Source: Octopus bimaculoides
Lineage: Eukaryota
DNA length: 63,918 nucleotides
NCBI RefSeq assembly: GCF_001194135.2
Contig: NC_068994.1
Span: 37,143,409-37,207,326 of the forward strand
Reading direction: 5' to 3'
Positions within the stretch are counted from its first letter, which is position 1. Each line of letters begins with the position of its first letter. Of the stretch, positions 52,010-63,918 are shown in pieces. A program made the position numbers and the translations under genes. A model generated the notes under the pieces. That model worked only from the letters and a program-made list of their open reading frames with translations, made no database searches and was not told the origin of the DNA.

Positions 52010-52355
52010 TGTCTGGCAAGACGCTTGCTTCCCAACCACATGGTCCTGTGTTCAGTCTCACTATGTTGTGCTTTGGACAGGTACTTTCTAGTAAGGTCTT
52101 GGGCTGACCAAAGCCTTGTGAGGGGGATTTGTTGGATCGAAAGTGAATGAAGTCTATTGTATATGCATATGTGTGTCTTTGTGTTTGTGCTTGTCCCCTT
52201 TAACTGCTAGACAACTGGTGCTGGGTTTTTTTACATGGCAGTTTGGCAAAAGACACCAATAGAATAAGCACAAGGTTTGAAATTAAGTACTGGGTTTGAT
52301 TTGTTTGACTAAACCCTTCAAGGTTATATCCTAGCATGAAAGAAACAAGTAAAAG
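52010..52355 (+). mobile_element. SINE family A
   Basis: GGCAAGACGCTTGCTTCCCAACCACATGG...GTTTGACTAAACCCTTCAAGG. Confidence 0.75.
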
Positions 52356-52665
52356 AGAATTTTTAAAAATTATTACACCTATACTTGCAGTATTCATTTA
52401 TGGTACCTTGGTGCTGTGGTAAGAAGTCACCCATGTCAAAACTAGAATCAGAAACTAAATTATTCTGACATGATATTAGAATAGAGCAATTTAAACAGGA
52501 AATAGTGTTGAATCACAGCAACGGTGCATTGACAAAGTGTTAGTAAAAGAAAAGAGGCAATACTAAGAAGAGTTTGAGAACTGTAGCAGCTCCTGCTTTT
52601 TGCATTAAGTAACTGGATTTATTATCTTAGCCAGCAAAATTTCCTGGCATTATACTTTATTTTAG

Positions 52666-52727
52666 ATTATTGGAGAACCTTTAATGAAGATTTCTTTTGA
52701 CAGCAGCCAAAATCTCTCCAAGCTGAG
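52666..52727 (+). other. Candidate coding exon (62 nt), host gene unidentified
   Basis: Acceptor tatactttattttag, donor GAG|gtaatt; open frame IIGEPLMKISFDSSQNLSKL. An internal alternative acceptor would give a 24-nt exon (52704-52727). Confidence 0.25.
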
Positions 52728-53639
52728 GTAATTAGAGTTAAGAGCTATTCCTAATGCTAGAGAACAATGCCATTGACAAAATGTAAGCTCATCCTCTGTA
52801 TGTAGCTAATATCATAGAACTAGCCATGTATTAGATATGTTTGTGAGAGTTATTGAAACAAAATGAAAGGAATGGACAAAGAAAAAAATTCATTTACCAT
52901 ATTTATGTCAATTTTAGCTTTAAAACTTGTTATGACTTCTGTCTGTCTTCTATCTTAATCACATGAGCTCTTTTGTAAACCAAAACTCAAAATTCAAATA
53001 TTTGTTCCATGGCTGTTATTTGATTAATTAAGTTCTAAGCATTGATATTTACTTTATGTTAGTCTTATAGTGGCTTTGAACTTTACCAATATAAGGTGGA
53101 TATTTATCTAAAGCTAATCCTATCATTTGCTACCTGCTTTATTGATCAAGGTTACTGCTAAAACGTGTAAGCAAACACTTCTTTTGCTTCTTATTGTCAC
53201 TAGTACTACCCATTTTCTAAGCAAAAAACAAAGAGTTGCTGGGGCAACTACCACTGCCAATACCTCCACCATTGGCCATACAGTGATGATAAGCATTTAT
53301 GTAGTAATTTGACCTGCTAGAAATTACAACCAAATCTCTCTTAAGTCACACTACTGTATGTAATAATGATACACTAGACAGTTGAGAACTGGTAGTGTGG
53401 CAGTCAATCTTCTGATCAAAATGAAGGAAACTCTTTTTCCATTGATTTTTGAAATTGCTGGTGCTCTTTTATGTTGCAACCAACAGATAGTGTAAGCAAA
53501 ATATCATTTTACAGTGGCAGGGCAGGATTCTAACTCAGAATTCACAGAGCCGGAACACTTTACAGATGATATTAAAGATAATGATGATGATGGTAGTGGT
53601 GGTGATAATGATGATGATGATGTAAAAGTTAGTTATATT

Positions 53640-54090
53640 CTCTATTTATTCTTTTATTCTTTTACTTGTTTCAGTCATTTGGCTGTGGCCATGCTTGAGC
53701 ACCGCCTTAAAAGGTGTTAGTCGGAGAAATCAACCCTAGGATTTATTCTTTGTAAGCCTAGTAGTTATTCTATCAGTCAATTTTGCCAAATCGCTAAGTT
53801 ATGGGGACATAAACACACCAGCATTGGTTGTCAAGTGATGGTGGGGGAGGGACAAACACAGACACACACACAAATATATACATACACACACATACACACA
53901 CACTCACACACACACACACACACATATATACAATGAGCTTCTTCCAGTTTCCATCTACTAAATCCACTCACAAGGCTTAGGTTGACATGAGGCTATAGTA
54001 GAAGACACTTGCCCAAGGTGCCACACAGTGGGACTGAATCCAGAATCATGAGGTTGGGAAGCAAGCTTCTTACCACACAGCCAAGCCTGC
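53640..54090 (-). mobile_element. SINE family A
   Basis: TTTTACTTGTTTCAGTCATTTGGCTGTGGCCATGCTTGAGCACCGCC...CTTACCACACAGCCAAGCCTGC. Confidence 0.88.
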
Positions 54091-54169
54091 GTCTCTTGTC
54101 CAGTTACAAATGTAATACATCATGTGTGACTCCTTAACAATCCCGTCAATCCACTATCATGTACTGATG

Positions 54170-54990
54170 CTTTAATTTATTGACCCTGAAAGGAGGAAAG
54201 GTAAATATAACCTTAGCAGGATTTGAAATCAGAGCTCAAAGGGACAGAGAAAACACCGTAAAACATTCAGTCAGACATTCTAATGACTCTGCTAATTTGC
54301 CACTTTAACAGTCTTAGATGTATGATAATTTGGGGTGTTCAAGACTGAGATGTCTTTATCATAGATCTCTTTGATCAGAGGTCATCTGAGGTTAAATAAT
54401 CTTTCTACTATAGGCACAAGCCCTGAAATTTGGGGAAGTGGGATAGCCAATCACCTTGACCCCAGTACTTGACTGTTACTTAATTTATTCACTCTGAAAG
54501 GATGAAAGGCAAAGTCGACTTTGGCGGAATTTGAACTCAGAACATAAATACAGATGAAATGTCGTTAAACATCTTGCCTGGCATACCAACGATTCTGTCA
54601 GCTCACCACCTTAATAAGGTAGCATCTACTATAGGCACAAAGCCTGAAATTTGAGGGTGGGGGATAGTCGATCACATCAACCGCAGTACTTGACTTGCAC
54701 TTAATTTATCCACCCTCAAAAAGACAAAAGGCAAAGTTGACATCAGCAGAATTTGAACTCAGAATGTAAAGACGCATGAAATGCCATTAAATAATTTTGT
54801 CTGGTGTGCTAACAATTGTCAGCTCACCGCCTTAATATGGTAGCCTATCCCTTTCAAGTATAGGCACAAGGCCTGAAATTTGTGGGAGAGGATGAAAGGC
54901 AAAGTCGACCTCAGCAGAATTTGAGCTCAGAACATAAAGATGGACAAAATGCTGCTAAACCTTTTGCCTGGCATACTGGCATCATTACAG
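54170..54990 (-). mobile_element. Head-to-tail cluster of four SINE family C copies
   Basis: The unit TAGGCACAAG.CCTGAAATTT...AAAGGCAAAGTCGAC...GAATTTGAACTCAGAA...GCTCACC.CCTTAA repeats at about 54410, 54630 and 54860, with a partial copy at about 54170. Confidence 0.85.
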
Positions 54991-55974
54991 TTCACAAAGG
55001 AGCATCTACATCATAGGTTCTCAGTCTTTTTAACTTTGTATACTTTGTTGGAGATCAAGCAAAATTTACTGTAACACTTCACATGGAAATTTTTTTTTAA
55101 ATCTGCTTTGAAGCTAAAAAAAATTCTGGATTAAAAAATGCAGGTGCAGGCATGAATGTGTGATTAAAATAGTCACTTTGCAATCATGTCATTTCAATTT
55201 CAATTCCACTGCAAGGCACCTTAGACAAGTGTTGTCTACAATAGTCCTTGGGCTGACCAATGTCTTGTGAGTACATTTAATAGACAGAAACTGTGCTTAA
55301 TCTTGTATACATGTGTGTTTGTATGTATGTGGGGGGTACGAACCACCCAAGCTATGTCAGCATGGAACATGGACATTAAATGATGATGACGACGACGATG
55401 ATGATGATGATGTTGATGATGCTGGTGGTGGTGGTGGTGGTGGTGGTGGTGGTGGTGGTGGTGGTGGTGATGACGACGATGATGTAAAAGTTAGTTATGT
55501 TCCCTATTGTCCAGCTACAGATTTTTTAAACCTTTTTTTTCCCCCCTTTCTCTGCAAATTAATTTCAAATCTAATTTAGAAGAAACCTTTGAACCATGGA
55601 AGTTGAGGTTAGTGAAACAAAGGCAAGTCTGATTCATCAAATTACTGAATTATCAGAAAACAAATGCAATTTCTATTTCACAATTATTAGATAGAAAACT
55701 TTGAGCTATTGAAACATTTAAACATGTTCTTTTTTTGTTGTCTATTTTTTTTAATGAAAACTTTGATTTATAAAATTATGAGGTGTATGAGATTTCTTTC
55801 ATAAGAGTTTATATGAGCTTAGCTTTGTAAAAGAGGAGGTATGTGAAGAAGATAGAATAAATAGATACAGTAAACTGTTATTATTGTTTGGTTTCAGGTC
55901 AACCCTGTCTGAGTAGACCTATGATTAAACACGGTTGGGTCATGACCTTCCAATCTTTTTTCTATTGTTGCATC

Positions 55975-56185
55975 TGGCAGTGAGGCTCCAGCTTGGGAGT
56001 TCTGTAGTTTTGAGGAGTGGAGTGAATGATGTGATCATGGAAAATCAAAAGTGCAAGGTTTACTGGACTGGATATGTTCCTGTAGCAAAGCTCAAAGACA
56101 ATAGGCAGGCCTTATGCAGTTGCCAAATCATATTGAAGAGATTGGAGGAGACTTCTTTGAAGCCCAAGAAAATGGGAAGGTGACA
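55975..56185 (+). mobile_element. Decayed RTE-type LINE C-terminal fragment
   Basis: LRSGVNDVIMENQKCKVYWTGYVPVAKLKDNR resembles RSxVxDVI...KxxWAGHVARxxDNRW. Confidence 0.6.
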
Positions 56186-56279
56186 CAGGCAAAAAATTTG
56201 GTATGCCCGAATAAAAAAGAAGGGTAAAATTGAAGGAAGAATGTAAATACATTTCTATCAGCAATATGTAACGTTATTT

Positions 56280-56490
56280 GGTGAGCCTGTCAAATTGTTA
56301 ACATGCCAGGTGAAATGCTTAATGGCATTTCATGTTTTATGTTCTGAGTTCAAATTCTGCAGAGGTTGACTTTGCTTTTTATCCTTTCAAGATTGATAAA
56401 ATAAGTACCAGTTGAGCACTGGAACTGATTTAATCAACTTACACCATCCCCTGAGCTTGCTGGCCTTGTGTCAAAAATGTGAAACCAATG
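56280..56490 (+). mobile_element. SINE family C
   Basis: GGTGAGCCTGTCAAATTGTTA...TTCTGAGTTCAAATTCTGC...GGCCTTGTGTCAAAA. Confidence 0.75.
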
Positions 56491-56544
56491 CATCTATATG
56501 TATACATACACGCACATATATTTATATATATTCTTTTATTTTTG

Positions 56545-56742
56545 TATTTGTCTCAGTTATTTAACAGCAGCCATGCTGGAGCACCGCCTTTAGTTGAACA
56601 AATCGCCCCCCAGGACTTATTCTTTCTAAGCCTAGTACTTATTCTATCGGTCTCTTTTGTCAAACTGCTAAGTTATGGGGACGTAATCACACCAACACTG
56701 GTTGTCAAGTGATGGTGGGGGGACAAACACAGACACAGAAAC

Positions 56743-56801
<59 letters not shown>

Positions 56802-56968
56802 GAGATATATACAATAGGCTTCTTTCAGTTTCCATCTGCCAAATCCATTCACAAGGCTTTGGTAGGCCCGAGGCTATGATAGAAGACACTTGCCCAAGAT
56901 GCCACATGGTAGGACTGAACCCAGAACCATCTGGTCGGTAAGCAAGCTACTTACCACACAGCCACTCT
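56545..56968 (-). mobile_element. SINE family A
   Basis: GCAGCCATGCTGGAGCACCGCCTTTAGTTGAACAAATCG...AGCAAGCTACTTACCACACAGCCACTC. Confidence 0.88.
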
Positions 56969-57614
56969 TATATATATTATATGTATATATGTGGGTATTT
57001 TGAAAGGGAGCTATTGCTGCTGCTGCCAACGGTTGCTTCTGGAGTAAGAGAGGAGAGACTTAACTATATATATTATATATACTATGTAGATGTGTATGTG
57101 GGCGTGGGTGGGTGTATATGAGACCCATTATATTGGATATATATAAATTGATGATTATTCTACATTCTTTTCTCTTTTAAGATGAAATGGTCAAATTCTA
57201 TGCCCAGTTATATACACAATTTCTCAATTATTACAATGAAAGTTTTGCAAAATGAAGTTTGCATAATTATACATTTTACCACAATAAATACTTCTATTGC
57301 AAAATACTTCAGATTTTAAAGAATAATATCACTACTGCAAACAAACAAAATTAATTTAAACTGTATCATATTTGCACAGAAATGGCTTGGAAACTCTAAG
57401 AGATAATTTGCTTCAAACAGACAATAGAAAAAACGTACACCATTATAATAACTCACTACCAAGAATAATCACAAATAAGTTTGCTATTCTATGTATTAAA
57501 TATCAACTATCACCTGCTGAAACTAATCAATAGAAAGATTTGTTAAAAAGAGTATTGCATCTTTTAAGTAAACAAGAAAACATAACATAATTACTTGTCT
57601 GACAATTACTTACT

Positions 57615-58575
57615 GCAGTGAAGGAGTTTTTGTGAGGTTGTTATATGACCTGCTAAAAATAGCAGCCAAATCTTGCTTAATGCAGTCTTGACAATGAAAA
57701 ATTGAAAGCAATTGTTGAACAAAACCCTTGTCAAAGTGTCAGAAAAATGTCTCAGGCACTTGGTGTCAGTATTGCAATGGTTTCGCGCAATTTGCAGAAG
57801 ATTGGTAAGGTGAAAAGGTTCAATAAATGGGTACCGCATGGGCTCAATGAAAATCAAAAACTTAGCCGTTTTGAAGTGTGCTTGATGTTCTTTCTGCGAA
57901 ACACCAATGATCCTTTTCCTGACTGAATAGTCACTTGTGATGGAAAATGGATCCTTTATGATAACCATAAGCAATCAGGTCAATGGCTTGACCCAAGCAT
58001 TTTCCAAAGCCAAAGTTGTATCAACAAAAGATTATGGTGACTGCCTGGTGGTCTGCAATTGATGTTGTCCATTACAGCTTTTTGGAAGCCAATCAGAGCA
58101 TTACAACAGAGGTTTACTGCAATCAGCTTGCTGAAATGCATGCTCACTTGCAAAAAATGGGACCTGCATTGGTGAATCAGTGTGGCCCAATTCTACTCCA
58201 TGATAGTGCAAAGCTACATGTTGCAAGAATGACAATGCAGAAACTCACAGACATGGCAGATGAGACTTTACCACATCCTCCATATTCTCCTGATCCTTCA
58301 CCCACTGACTGCCATTTTTTTAGGCATTTAAACACGTTTTTAAGTGATAAAACTTTCAGGTCCAAACCAGAGGTGGAATCAGTTTTCAAAGATTTCTTAG
58401 CATCAAAGCCAATAAGTTTTTATCAACGAGGCATAAATAATCTCATTGATTGACAGCAGAGATGCATAGATGTTTATGGCTTGCACTTTGACTAATCAAC
58501 ACATTTCTATTGTTAATTTTTCCAGAATAAAATTATGTTTCTGAAATCAGCCATTATTTTCAGAACAACCTAATA
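57615..58575 (+). mobile_element. 5'-truncated decayed mariner (cecropia-like) with 3' TIR
   Basis: KAIVEQNP...KWVPHGLNENQK...IVTCDGKWILYDN...LLHDSAKLH...HPPYSPDPSPTDCHFFRHL...GINNL; 3' end CCATTATTTTCAGAACAACCTAA|TA. Confidence 0.92.
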
Positions 58576-58844
58576 GTAAAATAGAAAATAATGCTAATTT
58601 TTGTAAACTTCCACTTTATTTACATTTAAAAACATTTTTTCAACTTCTTTTAATTGCAAAGTCTTTGATCAGATCCTCACTATAACACCATGAATGTATT
58701 CCATCTTGTCTTTCACAAAGACAAGATGGAATAGATGGAACAAGACTAGAAAGAAGAGGAGACACAAGGAACAGATAGTCACTGAAGAGGTCACAGTATG
58801 TGTGACAAAATACCTTGGACAAATAAACTAATAATTATAATAAT

Positions 58845-59268
58845 ACTTTCTACTATAGGCTCAAGACCTGGAATTTCAGAAGAGGGGCAAGTCAATTATA
58901 CCAACCCCAGTAATCAGCTGGTTCTTATTTTGTTGACCATGAAAGGATGAAAAGCAAAGTCAACCATGGTGGAATTTGAACCCAGAACAGGAAGGCAGAC
59001 GAAATGCTACTAAGCCTTTCACTGGCATGCTAACAATTCTGCCAGCTTGCCACCTTAATAGTAATAATAATCCTTTCTACTGAAGGCACAAGGCCTGAAA
59101 TTTGAGGGGACAGGACTAGTCGATTACATCAACCCCAGTGTTTCACTGGTACTTAACTTATCGACCCTGAAAGGATAAAAGGCAAAGTCGACCTCGGCAG
59201 AATTTGAACTCAGATGGACAAAATACTGCTAAACAGTTCATCCAGCATGCTAATAATTCTGCCAGCTC

Positions 59269-59270
<2 letters not shown>
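58845..59270 (-). mobile_element. Tandem pair of SINE family C copies
   Basis: Two consecutive units, each from CTTTCTACT..AGGC to TAACAATTCTGCCAGCT / TAATAATTCTGCCAGCT. Confidence 0.85.
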
Positions 59271-59343
<73 letters not shown>

Positions 59344-60406
59344 TGAAGATCAAATAAATAGTGCATGTGTTTACCAGCAAAATGACCAACTCCAAATATA
59401 ACAATATCTGTTTCAACACATGATTTCACACCTAGAATCTTGCAAAACAAATGNNNNNNNNNNNNNNNNNNNNNNNNNNNNNNNNNNNNNNNNNNNNNNN
59501 NNNNNNNNNNNNNNNNNNNNNNNNNNNNNNNNNNNNNNNNNNNNNNNNNNNNNNNNNNNNNNNNNNNNNNNNNNNNNNNNNNNNNNNNNNNNNNNNNNNN
59601 NNNNNNNNNNNNNNNNNNNNNNNNNNNNNNNNNNNNNNNNNNNNNNNNNNNNNNNNNNNNNNNNNNNNNNNNNNNNNNNNNNNNNNNNNNNNNNNNNNNN
59701 NNNNNNNNNNNNNNNNNNNNNNNNNNNNNNNNNNNNNNNNNNNNNNNNNNNNNNNNNNNNNNNNNNATTATTCAGGTTGCTAAGAATTGGTTTTAACATT
59801 CATATTTATAAGAACTTTAATTATCATTTGTACTATCATTTAATCCACTACTACTTTCCTCTAAGCAGTAGGTATATGTTAGTAAGTGGTCTTGAAGAGG
59901 AATCGAAAGAGTGCAATAATATGGTAAAGTATTTAAAAGACTAAAATGACCAAGACATATTTAAAATATATACATTTCCAGGGGAACATGAGCAAAATAA
60001 GGGAGAAATTAAAAAGAGAAACAAACAAAACAATAAGCAATAATACGATGCCAATTTAATAAGACTAAGAGATAAATTGACATTTCAGATAGTTGTCTTT
60101 CATCAAAATAGCAAGAAGGAAAATAGAATGAAAATAAAATTGGAAAGAATAAAATCATGTTAATGAGTTAAAGATAAAATGTATGAGGTAAGTAGAGTAT
60201 ATAAGGTGTTTTCCAGTAGAAAAGAATGAGAGTGTTGTAAAGGAATTAAGTATGACAAACAGGGGAGAATATAGTGAAGTAGAATGAAGTTTATTTCAGA
60301 TACGCTTATGTGTGTGTATAGACAAATAGAGAATCAAGTGTGTGCGTGTAAGATGTGTGATGGATAGGTGATGAAATGTGAGTGCTTAAGAAAAAAAGCA
60401 AAATGA

Positions 60407-60441
<35 letters not shown>

Positions 60442-61104
60442 TTGTGTGTGTAGAAGTAGACAAAGTATAGCGGTAGAAAAGGGATGTGATATGAAGTGCA
60501 GGGGGAAGATTTTATTTTGTGATTAGCGAAAAAAAGATGGGTATTAATCCCAACAGAGGACGCAGTGTTGGAGCAGAAGATTAAGTGTTGTTCATGATAA
60601 AGGCAGGAAACTAGAGTCTACAAACAACAAGATGCTTGTATGAGTGGGCCACAAAATTCAAGGGTCAGAGTGAAGGCCTTTGTGATTTGGTGTTGTTGCT
60701 TTGGACATCCAACAATTTTCAGTAAATCACTGATTACCACTGGATATCATATTATTGACTTATTGTTTAAAAAATAGTTTCATTTCAAAGAGAAACTAAG
60801 ATTTATTACCATTCATGTGGAATTAAAATTAAGGGAGATATAATATAAAAATAGTAGATTTCAGTAAATTAACACTTTTACAAAGAGGAAAGATTTCTAG
60901 TTAATGTTGAAATAAGGTTATACCTATAGTGAAAATTTTTACTCACAGTAAACATACAAATGATTACAGAGTTGCTTTGGGTGAAGATATGTAAAAATTC
61001 TTTTGCGTTTTTAGTCGATGGAATTCATCTTTCATCTTTCTTTCTTTCCTTCTGTTTTAATTATTTAGTTACTAAGTTATTTATTCATAAACAAAGCTAA
61101 CAAT

Positions 61105-61310
61105 GCAGTAAGCTGGCAGAAATGTTAGCATGCAGAGCAAAATGCTTCATAGCATTTCGTCCATCTTTATGTTTTGAGTTCAGATTCCACTGAGGTCAAC
61201 TTTGCTTTTTATCCTTTCAGGATCAATAGGTATCAGTTGAACACTGGGGTTGATGTAAACGATTTACACTTCCCCCGAAATTGCTGGCCTCATGCCAAAA
61301 TTTGAAATCA
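61105..61310 (+). mobile_element. SINE family C
   Basis: GCAGTAAGCTGGCAGAAATGTTAGCA...TTGCTGGCCTCATGCCAAAATTTGAAA. Confidence 0.8.
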
Positions 61311-61789
61311 ATATACACAGATACTTAATGTGCAACATCCATACACAACCATGCTTAAATTCAAAGGAAAGTAATGGGCTGCATAAGACATGGCACATCA
61401 TCATCAGATGAGCTGCACTACTAAAAACATACTCAAGGTAAATTTTCATTAGGCATTCCCTTAAAAAATTCCTTGGGCATCCTTTGCCCCTTCCAATTTT
61501 AGTAGTCAACCTCTCCATACCCTCGTTCTCCTCACTATACAACCTTGCAAACTTCCTACATACCTGCCCACTTCTACTCACCTTGTGCTTTGTGGGGCCA
61601 CCAGGGCACCTCATTGCCGTTATCTATCTCTTGCAGCTCCTACTGATCTTTTATTCTCTCTCTATATTTCTCTTTTCCGTAGTAGATGTGAGTAACCCTG
61701 CAGATCCCTCCACAAGAACCTGCTCTGCTTCTCTGACACCACATAGTAACCCCCTTTGTCTCCTAGCATAAAGCTGTGCCACCTAACCT

Positions 61790-62030
61790 CCCCAGGGTTC
61801 ATAGTCCTGTGAACTGCATGGTGACCTCATCAGTGCAGCAGACATGAGAACAATATCCAGACCACACTGTAAAGTGGTTGGCATTTGAAAGGGTATCCAG
61901 TCATAAAATCCATACCGATGCAGACACTGGAGCACAATGCAATCCTTAGACACATTGCATCCTGTCAAACTGTCCAGCTTATGCCAGCATGGAACATGGA
62001 TGTTAAATGATGGTGATGATGATGATGATA
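61790..62030 (+). mobile_element. SINE family D copy
   Basis: GTGGTTGGCATTTGAAAGGGTATCCAG...ATGCCAGCATGGAACATGGATGTTAAA(TGA)n. Confidence 0.7.
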
Positions 62031-62664
62031 TACATATGCACACGTGTGTGTGTGTATATATGTATGTCTGGGTGCATGTGTGTGTGTGTATCTGCGTCAG
62101 TGAGTATGCCTACATTGTGTGTCTATGCATGTGTGTGTACATGTTTGTGTGTGTCTGTGTGTTTGTGGTTTGTGTGTGTATGTGTGGTTCTATGTTTACA
62201 ATATATAATATCAAGTTGTGCTCCTGTATATATTAATAACTTAGCAGCTCAAGAAATATAGTTCATTAAACCAAGAACCAGACTGATATATGTACTGGTG
62301 TCGATATAATTAATTAAAAACCACTGAAGCCAGTACTCTAGCATAGCCACAGTTCAAAGACTGAAACCAAAAATGAATAAAATAATAAATGTATTTACTG
62401 GTAAGCATCACTCTACTACAGTTTGATTATAATATGGCTCAGTATTTTTTGTGATATTTAACCCCAGGCCTGTTTCCATTTGGCCATCTCATCTTTGTGT
62501 AGATCAAAGATCACATATCCCTATGTGTCCTTTTTTTTTTTTTAAGATGGTAAGACAGAGGTTTGTTACCTGTTGTTTTAAATGCTTTCTTCTAGGACAA
62601 GCTTAGATTTGACATAATATATATCTTTGATAATTACAATGTGTTACATTCATTCTTTAAATAT

Positions 62665-62865
62665 AATTCTTTCCAATTTTGGCATGAGGCCATTTTGAGG
62701 GGAGGGTGAAAGTCAATTATATCAACTCCAGTACTTGACCGGTACTTTATTTTATCAACCCTGAAAGTTTGAAAGTCGAAGTTAACCTCCGCTGGATTTG
62801 AACTCAGAATGCAAGCAACCAAAGGAAATGCTGCAAAGCATTTTGTCTGATATGCTAACAATTTC
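62665..62865 (-). mobile_element. SINE family C
   Basis: AATTTTGGCATGAGGCC...GGATTTGAACTCAGAA...GCTAACAATT. Confidence 0.75.
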
Positions 62866-63624
62866 TTACTTTAACATTTATAATTAAATTTGCATGATAA
62901 TTATATTTTCACAAAATATTTTTTTAATGTGCTTTTATTAAATTATAATTTATTCAATGTGGCTTTAAAATTCAAGTGAGATGTGCTTTGAAGAAATTTT
63001 GCTACTATTTCTAATGGATCAACTGACTGTATAAAAAGTTCCCTTCTTCTCTTTGCTTTGTGCTTTAATAAAGCGAATTGTGCTTTAGTTTTTCCTCCAA
63101 AATGATCTGCTAGACTTGGTACTGAATGACAATATGATCGAGGATGTTGTTCATGTTGTAAGTCATTTATTATTTTGTGCTTATTACTTTTAAGTTCTAG
63201 ATACACATGAGTTTAGTTTATTATATTAACTGCATATGTTAGCCCCCGTCTAACTATATATTCTTCATGCAAAAAGTGTCCCAAGGAACTACGAAATCTA
63301 CACAAATATTATACCTATTTGTTGAATAAAATAAGTCATAAAAAGGGCACTTTATTTTTGTGAAATTTTGGCTTTGGTACTCTAAAGTCTAGACAAATAA
63401 TCTGAAGTTGGTGTAGTGTTGTAGTTTAGCATGTTAATGTTTCTCAGACGAGAGTAGTTTCTGGATCCAACTGTACTGTGTTGCAGTACCTTGCGTGTAT
63501 GTCTTCTAGTGTAGCTTCAGGTAGACTAATATTTTGTCTGTGGAATTTGCCTGGAAGGAAACAGTACTGTACAACTCTTTGCATGTACATATGTATATGT
63601 GTGTGTTTGTGTGAGTATATATAT

Positions 63625-63782
63625 TATCATCATCATCATCATCGTTTAACGTCCGCTTTCCATGCTAGCATGCGTTGGACGATTTGACTGAGGACTGGTG
63701 AAACCGGATGGCTACACCAGGCTCCAATCTAATTTGGCAGAGTTTCTACAGCTGGATGCCCTTCCTAACGCCAACCACTCAG
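63625..63782 (-). mobile_element. SINE family D, young copy
   Basis: (CAT)nCGTTTAACGTCCGCTTTCCATGCTAGCATGCGTTGGACG...GGATGCCCTTCCTAACGCCAACCACTC. Confidence 0.88.
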
Positions 63783-63918
63783 CTTTTCTCTCAAGATACT
63801 TACACTCTGACGGGTATTCACATTGACATTACACATCCAACGGAGCATACTGGCTTCATTCTTTGCGAGCTTACGTATGTCCTCAGCAGTTGCAGCCCAT
63901 GTTTCACTGCCATGTAGC

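Noticed and set aside
61400-61780. Overlapping 116-aa and 95-aa ORFs in a pyrimidine-rich stretch
   Set aside because: No recognisable domain or splice signals; possibly an old LINE remnant, but unclassifiable by eye.

Overview
AT-rich, microsatellite-dense animal genomic DNA with several N gaps. The repeat landscape (abundant tRNA-derived SINEs with internal (TG)n tracts, (TA)n/(CA)n/(CAT)n arrays, mariner relics) suggests a coleoid cephalopod such as Octopus; this is an inference. No intact protein-coding gene is visible, so the window looks intronic or intergenic. Nearly all ORF-track entries are microsatellite translations or decayed transposon frames. Supported content: five decayed mariner elements, CR1/L2-, RTE- and Tx1/L1-type LINE fragments, four SINE families, two piggyBac-type (TTAA) MITEs, a Helentron/HINE-like end, a 1.05-kb foldback and a 0.5-kb inverted duplication. 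The most interesting signal is a set of type I hammerhead ribozyme motifs (13148-13236, 20955-21020, 27383-27461 and its inverted decayed copy at 26582-26660). They lie in three mutually dissimilar short non-coding elements next to (TA)n tracts. All have a palindromic stem III, as in Penelope-type hammerheads, but an unusually long branched stem II. Two further partial or degenerate candidates lie at 24484 and 58778. All folding and alignment was done by eye.
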